Assembly (NCBI GenBank): GCA_963699545.1
Contig: CAVOUE010000009.1
Span: forward strand, 159,692 to 223,691
Length of the DNA stretch: 64,000 nt
Direction of reading: 5' to 3'
Source of the DNA: Nitrospirota bacterium
Lineage (GTDB): Bacteria > Nitrospirota > Thermodesulfovibrionia > Thermodesulfovibrionales > UBA9159
The notes under the pieces were generated by a model. That model was not told the DNA's origin and searched no databases. It saw nothing but the letters and a program-made list of their open reading frames with translations. Shown in pieces: positions 52,051 through 60,822 of the stretch. Numbering within the stretch: the stretch's first letter is position 1; the number at the start of each line of letters is the position of its first letter. The position numbers and the translations under genes are program-made.

Positions 52051-52524
52051 TCATTTTTCGCTGACGGCAGGATCACTTTTGGCGCTCGGCCAGCCTGTTT
52101 CATCGACATCGTGAATCGGATCCAATAAGAGCACGTCCTGCATATCAGTATAGCAATGCAGAACGGGCGCTTCAAAGACGAGGGTTCCCTCTGCCGATTG
52201 GATTCCAATCTTCTCACCGGACCGAGCATCCCCTTTGAATTCTTCAGATTCGAATACCGAGATCAGGCCTTCCCTCTGTAACTCGTCCATAAATCGCTGA
52301 ACAGCCTTCACAAGGTCGTTACGATCACCGGTATACCGGTGATCGATATCTTCTGCGATTTCATCTACTGGAACAGCTCTCTCGATAAGTGCCCACACCT
52401 CGGCGCCGACCCCGTCGAGGCTATAATAGTTGCCGCTATCAAGATTAACCATGACCGTTTCTCCATCAATTGTCTCATGGATAACTTTAGGGCTGTTAAT
52501 ACGATACATCTTGAATATCTTCAT
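52051..52524 (-). CDS. PqqD-family / RiPP recognition element protein with a C-terminal peptide extension
   Basis: HETIDGETVMVNLDSGNYYSLDGVGAEVW...FMDELQREGLI, then the tail FEAPVLHCYTDMQDVLLLDPIHDVDETGWP. Confidence 0.88.
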   Translation of the reverse strand: MKIFKMYRINSPKVIHETIDGETVMVNLDSGNYYSLDGVGAEVWALIERAVPVDEIAEDIDHRYTGDRNDLVKAVQRFMDELQREGLISVFESEEFKGDARSGEKIGIQSAEGTLVFEAPVLHCYTDMQDVLLLDPIHDVDETGWPSAKSDPAVSEK

Positions 52525-52652
52525 AGGTTGTCTCAATCGGATCAACGTCTTTTTACGTTATATGCTAACAAACTCTTTGTTTTAATTTCAAGACAAGAGG
52601 CAACCAGAAGAAAGTCGCTAATTGAATACACGAAGTGATAGAATAACGAAAC

Positions 52653-53594
52653 ATGAAGACCCTCGTTTTCTATCCGCAATCCGGCTTGGCGAATCGCTTA
52701 CGAGCCATAGCATCCGCAAAAATCCTGGCTGACTATGCAGGGAGAAGACTTCTGGTCAACTGGATGCCGTCCGTGACGGAATGCAATGTCGCATGGGAAG
52801 ATTTATTCGTCAGTCAATTAGAGCGCTATCCGTTGCCTTTATCGAGTTTTCAAAACGGTGTAAATTTCTACGACGATACCGGGAGTTATGATTTTTACTG
52901 GGATATGCCGCAGTTGTTGGCACAGAACAAATTTGATGTAGTTGCAGTGCGCACATTTCGCAACTTTAGACCAAAAGGAATGACAGAAGAGGCTTTTAAG
53001 CGCTCAAAATCTCTTTTTTATAGAAGCCTAAAACCTGTAAGCGTCATTCAAGAAGCTGTGAGCGGTATCCAAGAACAATACTTTAAAGGTAATGACGTCA
53101 TAGGTGTTCATATACGGAGAACCGACTACTTTTCTTATTTACGACAAGATTCTAAGGCCGTCGCTCCCACGGATGTATTTATCAGGAAGATGATGCGAAT
53201 TCTTAAAACCAATCCAAGGGTAAAGTTTTTTCTTGCTACTGATGATAAGAATGAAGAACAGATTATTAAAGATCATTTGCAGAATGCAGTAATAGTTCAT
53301 GAAAAAGACACTGTGAGCAGATTAACAAGGAACGGCATGGAGGACGCCCTGATCGACTGGTTGCTTTTGTCAAGAACGTCAAAGATCATAGGGTCTTACA
53401 GGAGCTCTTTTAACGAAGAGGCCAGTATCATAAATATGATAGACCTTGAAACAATCCCCAAACAGGCGGTGCTGCTAAATTTCAAAGCTCATTATAACCT
53501 TTTGAAGACAAGCGGTCTCAAGAAGGTTCTTCTTTATTCCTACTATTACAGAAAAGAAAAGCTGTGGGAATGGCTCAAAAGAATCTCTCAATAA
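52653..53594 (+). CDS. Fucosyltransferase-like GT-B glycosyltransferase (GT11/GT23/NodZ-like)
   Basis: GLANRLR, IGVHIRRTD, FFLATD, D..LLS......GS..SSF. Confidence 0.75.
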   Translation: MKTLVFYPQSGLANRLRAIASAKILADYAGRRLLVNWMPSVTECNVAWEDLFVSQLERYPLPLSSFQNGVNFYDDTGSYDFYWDMPQLLAQNKFDVVAVRTFRNFRPKGMTEEAFKRSKSLFYRSLKPVSVIQEAVSGIQEQYFKGNDVIGVHIRRTDYFSYLRQDSKAVAPTDVFIRKMMRILKTNPRVKFFLATDDKNEEQIIKDHLQNAVIVHEKDTVSRLTRNGMEDALIDWLLLSRTSKIIGSYRSSFNEEASIINMIDLETIPKQAVLLNFKAHYNLLKTSGLKKVLLYSYYYRKEKLWEWLKRISQ

Positions 53595-53606
53595 GGAAGG
53601 ATACAA

Positions 53607-54158
53607 TCAATTGAACTCATTCATGGTCCTATCCACGCCATCCCTTATTATCATGGCAATAGCATCCGAAGCCCTCACGATGGCGTCCTTGATTAAGGAT
53701 ATCTGATCTCTTCCGAACTTTCTGAGGACATAGTCTTCTGCAGGAACCTCTTCTTCCCGTCCAATGCCTATTTTCACCCTGATGAATTCTCTTGTTCCCA
53801 AATTTCCTATGATTGATTCAATCCCCCTATGCCCGCCCGAGGAACCCTTTTCCCGTATCTTCAGTTTTCCTGTATCCATGTCAAGATCGTCATGGACCAC
53901 GATGAGGTTCCCTGGTTCCAGAGGATATTTCTTCATGACCTCTTTCACCGCCAAGCCGCTTCTGTTCATAAACGTCAAGGGCTCCACGAGGATGACCTGA
54001 TTATCCTCGATGGAGCCCTTCCCTATCATATACGACGCTCTGGTCTTTAGTTCGATTCCATACTCGCCGGCAACATTATCCGCAACCATGAAACCGACAT
54101 TATGTCTGGTTTTTGAGTACCTTCTTCCCGGATTTCCAAGCCCGACAATAAGCCACAA
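53607..54158 (-). CDS. pth: Peptidyl-tRNA hydrolase
   Basis: LIVGLGNPG, TRHNVGF, FMNRSG, HDDLD, GGHRG. Confidence 0.97.
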   Translation of the reverse strand: MWLIVGLGNPGRRYSKTRHNVGFMVADNVAGEYGIELKTRASYMIGKGSIEDNQVILVEPLTFMNRSGLAVKEVMKKYPLEPGNLIVVHDDLDMDTGKLKIREKGSSGGHRGIESIIGNLGTREFIRVKIGIGREEEVPAEDYVLRKFGRDQISLIKDAIVRASDAIAMIIRDGVDRTMNEFN

Positions 54159-54815
54159 TTAAGCCTTCGCTCCTGCTTCCTCTTCCTTCTTGCCCTTCTT
54201 GATCACTTCAGGCTCTGCAACCTCAGGGGCTGCCGCAACCTCCTCGACCTTTTCTTCCACTATCGGCGCGCCCACCGTTGCGATAAGCTCCCCGGCATCG
54301 GTGAGAACCTCTATCCCCTCACCAAGGGGCAGGTCCCTTACATGGATAGACTTGCCCGTTTCGAGCCCGGAGACATCCACCTCGATGTGCCCCGGCACTC
54401 TGTCAGGAAGGCACTGGATCTCTATTTCCCTTACCCCATGCTGAAGCAGGCCGCCGTCCCTTTTCACGCCGATGGGTTCGCCCGTGGTTGTTACGTGCAC
54501 CGTTACCCGGATCTCTTCAGTGAGGGAGACCTCGAAGAAGTCGGTATGGAGCAATTCTCCCTTCAGGGGGTCGACCTGATAGTCTTTCATTAAGGCAAGC
54601 TTCTTGTCACCATCCGAGAACTGAAGGTTCACCATGACCTGTTCGCCTGCGGTTGCATGCATGAATGTGGTGAGTTCCTTGGCGTTTATCTTGATCGGAG
54701 TGGAACTCCCTCCTCTATAGAGAACCGCAGGGACCACGCCTGCCCTTCTCAAAGACCGCGCAATTCCCTTCCCCGTGTTTTCCCTCTTTTCCGCGTGCAG
54801 CGTTATCCTTTCCAT
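54159..54815 (-). CDS. rplY: 50S ribosomal protein L25/Ctc
   Basis: GKGIARSLRRAG.VPAVLY, HTDF, position between prs and pth. Confidence 0.96.
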   Translation of the reverse strand: MERITLHAEKRENTGKGIARSLRRAGVVPAVLYRGGSSTPIKINAKELTTFMHATAGEQVMVNLQFSDGDKKLALMKDYQVDPLKGELLHTDFFEVSLTEEIRVTVHVTTTGEPIGVKRDGGLLQHGVREIEIQCLPDRVPGHIEVDVSGLETGKSIHVRDLPLGEGIEVLTDAGELIATVGAPIVEEKVEEVAAAPEVAEPEVIKKGKKEEEAGAKA

Positions 54816-54826
54816 ACTCTCCTCCT

Positions 54827-55768
54827 CTATGCAAAAAGTGAACTTATAGAAGATTCATCGTGAATCCTCTTGATCGCCTCGGCAAGCAAAGGCGCTATGC
54901 TCAAGACGGTGAGTTTCCTGCATTGCTCCTTCTTACTGTCGAGGGGGATCGTATTTGTCACAATGACCTCCTCGATCACCGAGCCGTTGATCCTGTCGAT
55001 GGCGGGCCCCGAAAGGACCGCATGGGTTGACGCAGCGAAGACCCGGCTGGCGCCATTTTCTTTCAGAGCGGCTGCCGCCTGGGTCGTTGTCCCCGCGGTG
55101 TCGATCATGTCATCCAGGATAATAGCGTCTCGCCCTCTGACATCGCCGATCACATGCATCACCTGAGACACATTGACCATTTCACGCCTTTTATCGATAA
55201 TGGCAAGGGAGCACTGCAGTTTCCTGGCAAATGCCCGCGCCCTTTCCACGCCGCCTGCGTCGGGAGAAACGATGACCACGTCCTTGAAACTCCCCCTGCG
55301 GATATAATCCAGGAGGACCGGAGACGCATACAGGTGATCCACCGGAATATTAAAGAACCCCTGTATCTGCCCCGCGTGCAGATCCACCGCCAGCACCCTG
55401 TTTGCGCCTGCGGCAGTAATCAGGTCTGCAATAAGCTTCGATGAAATGGGTACTCTGGGCTGGACCTTCCGGTCCTGCCTCCCATAGCCGTAATACGGTA
55501 TGACTGCTGTAATCCTTCCCGCCGACGCCCTTTTCAGGGCATCAATGATGAGGAGCAGTTTCATGATGTTATCATTAACCGGCGGACAGGTGGACTGGAT
55601 CACGAAGGCGTCTGTTCCCCTGACGTTTTCGTTTATCTGGACCATGACCTCTCCGTCACTGAACGTCGTGATCGTGGTATCGCACAGGGATGTCCCCAGT
55701 GTGCCGACCACTTCCTGTGGCAGGGTCATGTGGCTGCTTCCACTGATAATCTTTATTCCCTCCGGCAT
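54827..55768 (-). CDS. prs: Ribose-phosphate pyrophosphokinase
   Basis: [38 protein letters not shown]. Confidence 0.97.
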   Translation of the reverse strand: MPEGIKIISGSSHMTLPQEVVGTLGTSLCDTTITTFSDGEVMVQINENVRGTDAFVIQSTCPPVNDNIMKLLLIIDALKRASAGRITAVIPYYGYGRQDRKVQPRVPISSKLIADLITAAGANRVLAVDLHAGQIQGFFNIPVDHLYASPVLLDYIRRGSFKDVVIVSPDAGGVERARAFARKLQCSLAIIDKRREMVNVSQVMHVIGDVRGRDAIILDDMIDTAGTTTQAAAALKENGASRVFAASTHAVLSGPAIDRINGSVIEEVIVTNTIPLDSKKEQCRKLTVLSIAPLLAEAIKRIHDESSISSLFA

Positions 55769-55835
55769 TTCACCTCCAAAAAAATACAGCGGGTAGCGTA
55801 TAGTATTTACTCCCTACACGCTGAACGCTCTTTAT

Positions 55836-55911
55836 TGGCTGGGGCGGGAGGACTCGAACCTCCAGATGGGAGATCCAAAAGTCTCCTGACTTGCCATTTG
55901 TCGACGCCCCA
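55836..55911 (-). tRNA. tRNA-Gln(TTG); anticodon loop reads 8 nt
   Basis: TGGGGCGTCGACAAATGGCAAGTCA-GGAGA-CTTTTGGA-TCTCC...GGTTCGAGTCC...CCA, in the usual ispE-tRNAGln-prs position. Confidence 0.92.
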
Positions 55912-55968
55912 ACACCATACCATACTGCACGATATGCTCTGCGCGACGGATGAATGACCGCCCTTCCC

Positions 55969-56830
55969 TCATTCGCTGCTCCCTGTCACTGTCCTCACGA
56001 TCCTGCACCAGTGGGGCAGCATATGCTCTTTGACTCGAAGGGCATCACGTTCGTTCCCAAAAACACCGTAGACCGTCGGGCCACTGCCGCTCATGGAGGA
56101 GAAAAGGGCACCTTCTTCCTGTAGTTTCTCCTTTATCTCCGCTATGACCGGGTATCTCGTGATAACAGGGGGCTCCAGGTCGTTTCTTTGAATGGACGAC
56201 AGCAAAGAGAAATCCCCTTTTTCAAGAGCCCGACAGAACAGTTTAATATTATTGTCTTTTTTTGTCAATACTCTTCCGGCAGATACCCTGTCCAGTTCTG
56301 CATAGGCCCAGGCGGTCGAAATCCCGACATGAGGTTTTACAAGAAGAATGGCATGGGATCTTCCAAGCCTTACGGGGGACACAATCTCGCCCCTCCCCTC
56401 AATAACAGAAGCGGGCCCATGGAAAAAGAACGGAACATCAGATCCCACGGTTCCCCCGATCCGCGCCAGCTCATGTTTCGTCAGGCAGAGATTCCCACAG
56501 AAGGTTCAACCCCATAAGGGTACAGGCGGCATCACTGCTCCCCCCTCCGAGACCTGCCGCCATGGGAATCTCCTTCGTAAGGGTTATCCTTGCTCCTTCC
56601 TTGACGCCTGACCTCTCTTTCAGCAGCAGCATCGCCTTGTGAACCAGGTTATCACGCGGAGGGATAGACGCATCGGTAATGATATCAGCGGTATCGGAAT
56701 GTTCGAACACAAGGGAGTCGCTGAGTGTAATGCACTGCATGAGACTGAGGATGTCGTGGAAGCCGTCATCCCTTCTGCCGAGCACATTCAGTGACCAGTT
56801 GATTTTTGCCGGGGCCTTGAGCGTGATCAT
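55969..56830 (-). CDS. ispE: 4-diphosphocytidyl-2-C-methyl-D-erythritol kinase (frameshifted near 56460-56490)
   Basis: APAKINWSL, IPMAAGLGGGSSDAA, GSDVPFF, MSGSGPT. Confidence 0.95.
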
Positions 56831-56845
56831 GGAGCGATGAACAGT

Positions 56846-58549
56846 TTACCGCAGGGACTGCGCCTTCAGGTTCTTTATCTTCTCTTCAATCCGTTCCTTC
56901 ACGCCTTCCTCTTTCTCACTGTTCTCCAGGGCCTTCTCCCATGCCTTAAGAGCGGAATCGTTCTTCCCCTGGGAGAGGTACACATCACCCAAATGCTCAA
57001 AGATAGTAGGGTCATCATCCACAATGCCACCGGCTTTCTGAAGGTAGAGAAGGGCACTATCGGAGTTTCCCATCTTGAAATAGACCCAGCCCAGGCTGTC
57101 AAGGATGTAGCCGTTGTCAGGCTTAATCTCCACCGCCCTCTGAATGAGGGCCAGCGCTTCCTCAAGATGGATGCCCCTGTCGGCGTAACTGTATCCGAGA
57201 AAGTTCAGGGCATCCGCGTGCTTTGGATTAAGCTCTATGATTTTTCTGAGAAAGACAACCATCTCGTCAACACGTTTCGATTTTTCCAACAGGACAGCAA
57301 GATTAAAATTGAGGTCTTCATTGTCATTGAATGACCGGAGACCCTCCATGAAGATGGCTTCGGCTTTGGCGTAGTCCTTGAGCTCCATATACGTCAGGCC
57401 AAGGTAAAGGTATATCTCCGGTTTCCCCCGCTCAAAGGACAAGACCTCTTCGTAAATCTTCACCGCGTCATCAAATTGTTTGCGTTTCGCATACATGAGC
57501 CCCAGATGAAGAAACGCATTGATATTCTTCGGGTCTACGGAAATGATTTTTTTCAGCTCTTCTACGGCCTGGTCGTACTTCTCCATGTCCTCCAGGGTAA
57601 GGGCGAGATAGAACCTTACGGACATGTCGTCGGGCTTGGCTGCGATAACGGTCCGGAATTCCTCAATGGCGCGGTCGTAGCGCTTCTCATCGAGATAGAG
57701 GAGTCCGAGTCTCACATGCACATCGATGTTCGCGGGGTCCTGGTCGCTCAATTCCTTCAGCTGTTCTATGGCCTTGCCCGTACTCTTCTGTTTCATATAG
57801 ATCTGGCTCAGCCTCTCCAACGCCCGCGTATCGTGAGGGTTCAGTTCCGAAGCCTTCTTGTAATACCCCTCTGCCCCGACAAGGTCGTCCCGGATTTCAC
57901 TTATAAAGCCCATATTGAAGTACGGCGGCCCAAAGTTGGGCTTCATCTCAATAACCCGGGTGAAGTATTCGGCGGCCGCATCATATTTTTTCTCGTCCAT
58001 AGTAATGGCGCCGAGATAATAAAGCGCCATTACTCCATCCGGCTTCCGCTTGAGCAGGGATTCAAGCGTCGTCTTGGCATCTTCATAACGGCCCTTTGAA
58101 GCATAGGAAACACCCAGGAAGAGGTATGCGTCGCTTTCGCCCGGGGAAACAGAAATGACCCTTTCGTAGAGGGAAATAGCCTCATCGAGTCTCTTCTGAC
58201 TGTTGTACATCTGGGCAAGCAGCATCAGGGCAGGGGTATAGTCCGGATCGGATTTTACCACTACCTCCGCAGAGTCTATTGCCTCCTGCACTTTGCCTGT
58301 CCGGAGGTACGTGTAGCTGATCTGTGTCCTGAGGTAAGCAGAGGCCGGGTCAAGACTCAGGGCTTCCCGGTAATACTTCAGCGCCTCCTCCCAGTCTCCC
58401 GAAAGCTCCGCCTCATAGCCCCGCATATAGTCATAGTATGCCCCCGTAGGCGGTTCGGCTACGGCCTGCGGGGACTTCACCGGCGCAGACACGCAGGCAA
58501 CCATAAATACCGTGACCAGCAATAAAAGAACGCAAAGCAGTCTGGACAT
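56846..58549 (-). CDS. TPR-repeat lipoprotein
   Basis: Lipobox-like MVAC, many TPRs, ALNFLGYSYAD and ILDSLGWVYF. Confidence 0.9.
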   Translation of the reverse strand: MSRLLCVLLLLVTVFMVACVSAPVKSPQAVAEPPTGAYYDYMRGYEAELSGDWEEALKYYREALSLDPASAYLRTQISYTYLRTGKVQEAIDSAEVVVKSDPDYTPALMLLAQMYNSQKRLDEAISLYERVISVSPGESDAYLFLGVSYASKGRYEDAKTTLESLLKRKPDGVMALYYLGAITMDEKKYDAAAEYFTRVIEMKPNFGPPYFNMGFISEIRDDLVGAEGYYKKASELNPHDTRALERLSQIYMKQKSTGKAIEQLKELSDQDPANIDVHVRLGLLYLDEKRYDRAIEEFRTVIAAKPDDMSVRFYLALTLEDMEKYDQAVEELKKIISVDPKNINAFLHLGLMYAKRKQFDDAVKIYEEVLSFERGKPEIYLYLGLTYMELKDYAKAEAIFMEGLRSFNDNEDLNFNLAVLLEKSKRVDEMVVFLRKIIELNPKHADALNFLGYSYADRGIHLEEALALIQRAVEIKPDNGYILDSLGWVYFKMGNSDSALLYLQKAGGIVDDDPTIFEHLGDVYLSQGKNDSALKAWEKALENSEKEEGVKERIEEKIKNLKAQSLR

Positions 58550-58773
58550 CCCATATCTCCTTTATCTTGAATTATAACAGATACTCTCAATTAAGATGAA
58601 CTGCCTCATCCTTCCTGAAGAAATACGTTTGACACCCTGTCCTCAACTCTCTCTTGACAAATGGCTGCTTTCATCTAAACTTACAATTATAAGGTCTGGG
58701 GTGAATAGTGGTTCAGATATAGTAGAAACATGGAGATGACTATCAAACCTGTTCCCTGACAAGGAGGTGAAAA

Positions 58774-59223
58774 ATGAAGAAGCCCATTAAGATAATACTC
58801 TTTCTTGTCATTGTCGGTACAGCAGTAATGCTTTTCCTGTTCCTCGGCCCACCAAAGTTGCTGGCGAAGTCCTCTTCACCTGATTTTTGCACGGGGTGCC
58901 ACGTTATGGAATCGAATTATGAGGCATGGGTCCATGCCGGCGCACACAGGAGGAGCAAGTGCGTGGATTGTCATTTGCCGAACCACAATATTGGTATCCA
59001 TTACATATGGAAATCGCTTGACGGACTTAAGGATGCCCTGATCTTCTATTCGGGAAGGGTCCCGGAACAGATCAGGCTGACATCTCACGGGGAAAAGGTA
59101 TTACAGGCTAACTGCGTTAGATGCCACGAGACTACCGTAGAGTTCATAAATCATGATCGAAAATGCTGGGGCTGCCACAGAAGAATTGCACACAAACAGA
59201 GCGGGGCTATAGAAACGCTTTAA
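58774..59223 (+). CDS. nrfH: Cytochrome c nitrite reductase small subunit
   Basis: N-terminal TM helix and four CxxCH motifs (CTGCH, CVDCH, CVRCH, CWGCH). Confidence 0.95.
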   Translation: MKKPIKIILFLVIVGTAVMLFLFLGPPKLLAKSSSPDFCTGCHVMESNYEAWVHAGAHRRSKCVDCHLPNHNIGIHYIWKSLDGLKDALIFYSGRVPEQIRLTSHGEKVLQANCVRCHETTVEFINHDRKCWGCHRRIAHKQSGAIETL

Positions 59224-59236
59224 AGGAGGTTCACAA

Positions 59237-60715
59237 ATGAAAAAAACAATGTTCTTAAGGTTGGGAGTTTTTGTGGTGGTTGCCGCAGCACTCGTATCCT
59301 TTTACGGCTGTCCTCCGCCCAAGAGTGAGCCCGTCAAACCGGTGAAGATTGCGGACGGTGAAATTGATCCTCAGGTTTGGGGCAAGGCATACCCTGCCGA
59401 ATATGAGCTCTGGAAAAAGACAGAGGACCCCACCACGGCAGGCAAAAGCAAATACAAGCGGGGATACGATGTTGACAGAATCACCTATGATAAGCTGGCT
59501 GAATTTCCCTATATGGCACTTCTGTTCAACGGGTGGGGATTCGGCGTCGAATATAATGAACCCAGGGGACATGCATATATGGTACGCGACCAGCTTGAAG
59601 TTGACCCTTCGAGGATAAAAGCCGGAGGAGTTTGTCTCACCTGTAAGACCCCTTACGCCCCCAAACTCGAAAAGGAGATGGGTCTGAACTACTACAAGAC
59701 CCCTTACAAAGAAGTACTTGCCCAGATCCCTGAAAAGAACAGGACCCTCGGAGTTGCCTGCATTGACTGCCATGACAATAAAGATATGTCGCTGAGGATA
59801 TCGAGGGATTTCACGCTGAAAGCGGCACTAAAGGATATGGGTGTTGATCCTGACAAGCTTTCGCGTCAGGACATGAGGAGCCTTGTCTGCGCCCAGTGCC
59901 ATGTGACCTATAACATTCCTAAGGACAAGGATATGAAATCAGTGGGCGTTTTCTTCCCGTGGCAGGGGAGCAAATGGGGGAATATCAGCGTTGAAAACAT
60001 TATCAAGAAGATAAGGAGTGACACCGCCTACGGAGAATGGAAACAGAATGTGACGGGCTTCAAAATGGGCTTTATCCGCCACCCGGAATTTGAATTGTTC
60101 TCGAACAACAGCGTCCATTGGAAGGCCGGAGCGTCCTGCGCCGATTGTCACATGCCCTATACAAAGGTCGGTGTCTACAAAGTTTCTGACCATCGTGTGG
60201 AAAGTCCCCTCAAGAACGATATGAAGGCGTGTATGCAGTGTCATACCGAGACGACCGATTGGTTGAGAGAACAGGTAATCGCCATCCAGGACAGAACGGT
60301 GTCCCTCATGATCAGGTCAGGATATGCCACCGCAACCGCAGCCAAACTCTTTGAAATAGTGCATACCGCACAGGCTGCGGGCAAGAATATCGACAAGGCT
60401 CTTTATGACAGGGCCAAAGACTATTATGAGCAGGCCTTTTATCGCGTTGTATTTGTGGGCGCAGAAAACTCCGTGGGTTTTCACAATCCCTCAGAGGCTT
60501 TGAGGATCCTCGGCGATGCCACGGCCTTTGCAGTAAAAGCGGAAGCGCTCCTCAGACAGGCCCTTGCCAGAGCGGGAGTAGATACACCGCTGATGGTCAA
60601 ACTCGATCTCAACAAGTACCTGGAAGCAAGAGGAGATAAGAAGCTCAAGTTCAATCAGAAATTCGAATTCAAGGACCCCTTTGGTGTAGAGGAACAGGTT
60701 TCCATAGGTAAATAG
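59237..60715 (+). CDS. nrfA: Ammonia-forming cytochrome c552 nitrite reductase
   Basis: CLTCK (Lys-ligated heme), four CxxCH motifs, YNEPRGH, RHPEFE, AENSVGFHN. Confidence 0.96.
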   Translation: MKKTMFLRLGVFVVVAAALVSFYGCPPPKSEPVKPVKIADGEIDPQVWGKAYPAEYELWKKTEDPTTAGKSKYKRGYDVDRITYDKLAEFPYMALLFNGWGFGVEYNEPRGHAYMVRDQLEVDPSRIKAGGVCLTCKTPYAPKLEKEMGLNYYKTPYKEVLAQIPEKNRTLGVACIDCHDNKDMSLRISRDFTLKAALKDMGVDPDKLSRQDMRSLVCAQCHVTYNIPKDKDMKSVGVFFPWQGSKWGNISVENIIKKIRSDTAYGEWKQNVTGFKMGFIRHPEFELFSNNSVHWKAGASCADCHMPYTKVGVYKVSDHRVESPLKNDMKACMQCHTETTDWLREQVIAIQDRTVSLMIRSGYATATAAKLFEIVHTAQAAGKNIDKALYDRAKDYYEQAFYRVVFVGAENSVGFHNPSEALRILGDATAFAVKAEALLRQALARAGVDTPLMVKLDLNKYLEARGDKKLKFNQKFEFKDPFGVEEQVSIGK

Positions 60716-60732
60716 AACGGCTCATCGTCGGA

Positions 60733-60767
60733 ACGGGAAGGAGGATGGGATAATTCCTCCTTCCCGT
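60733..60767. terminator. Stem-loop between the convergent nrfA and amrS genes
   Basis: 13-bp perfect stem ACGGGAAGGAGGA / TCCTCCTTCCCGT with a 9-nt loop; no strong U-tract. Confidence 0.6.
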
Positions 60768-60822
60768 ATCAGGGAAAACAATAATGAAAGAGTGAAGCTG
60801 TATCCCTTGCCGTCCTGTCCAT

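Noticed and set aside
41637-52545. Canonical lasso peptide or PQQ biosynthesis cluster
   Set aside because: No lasso cyclase, B2 peptidase or pqqBCE genes in the window.
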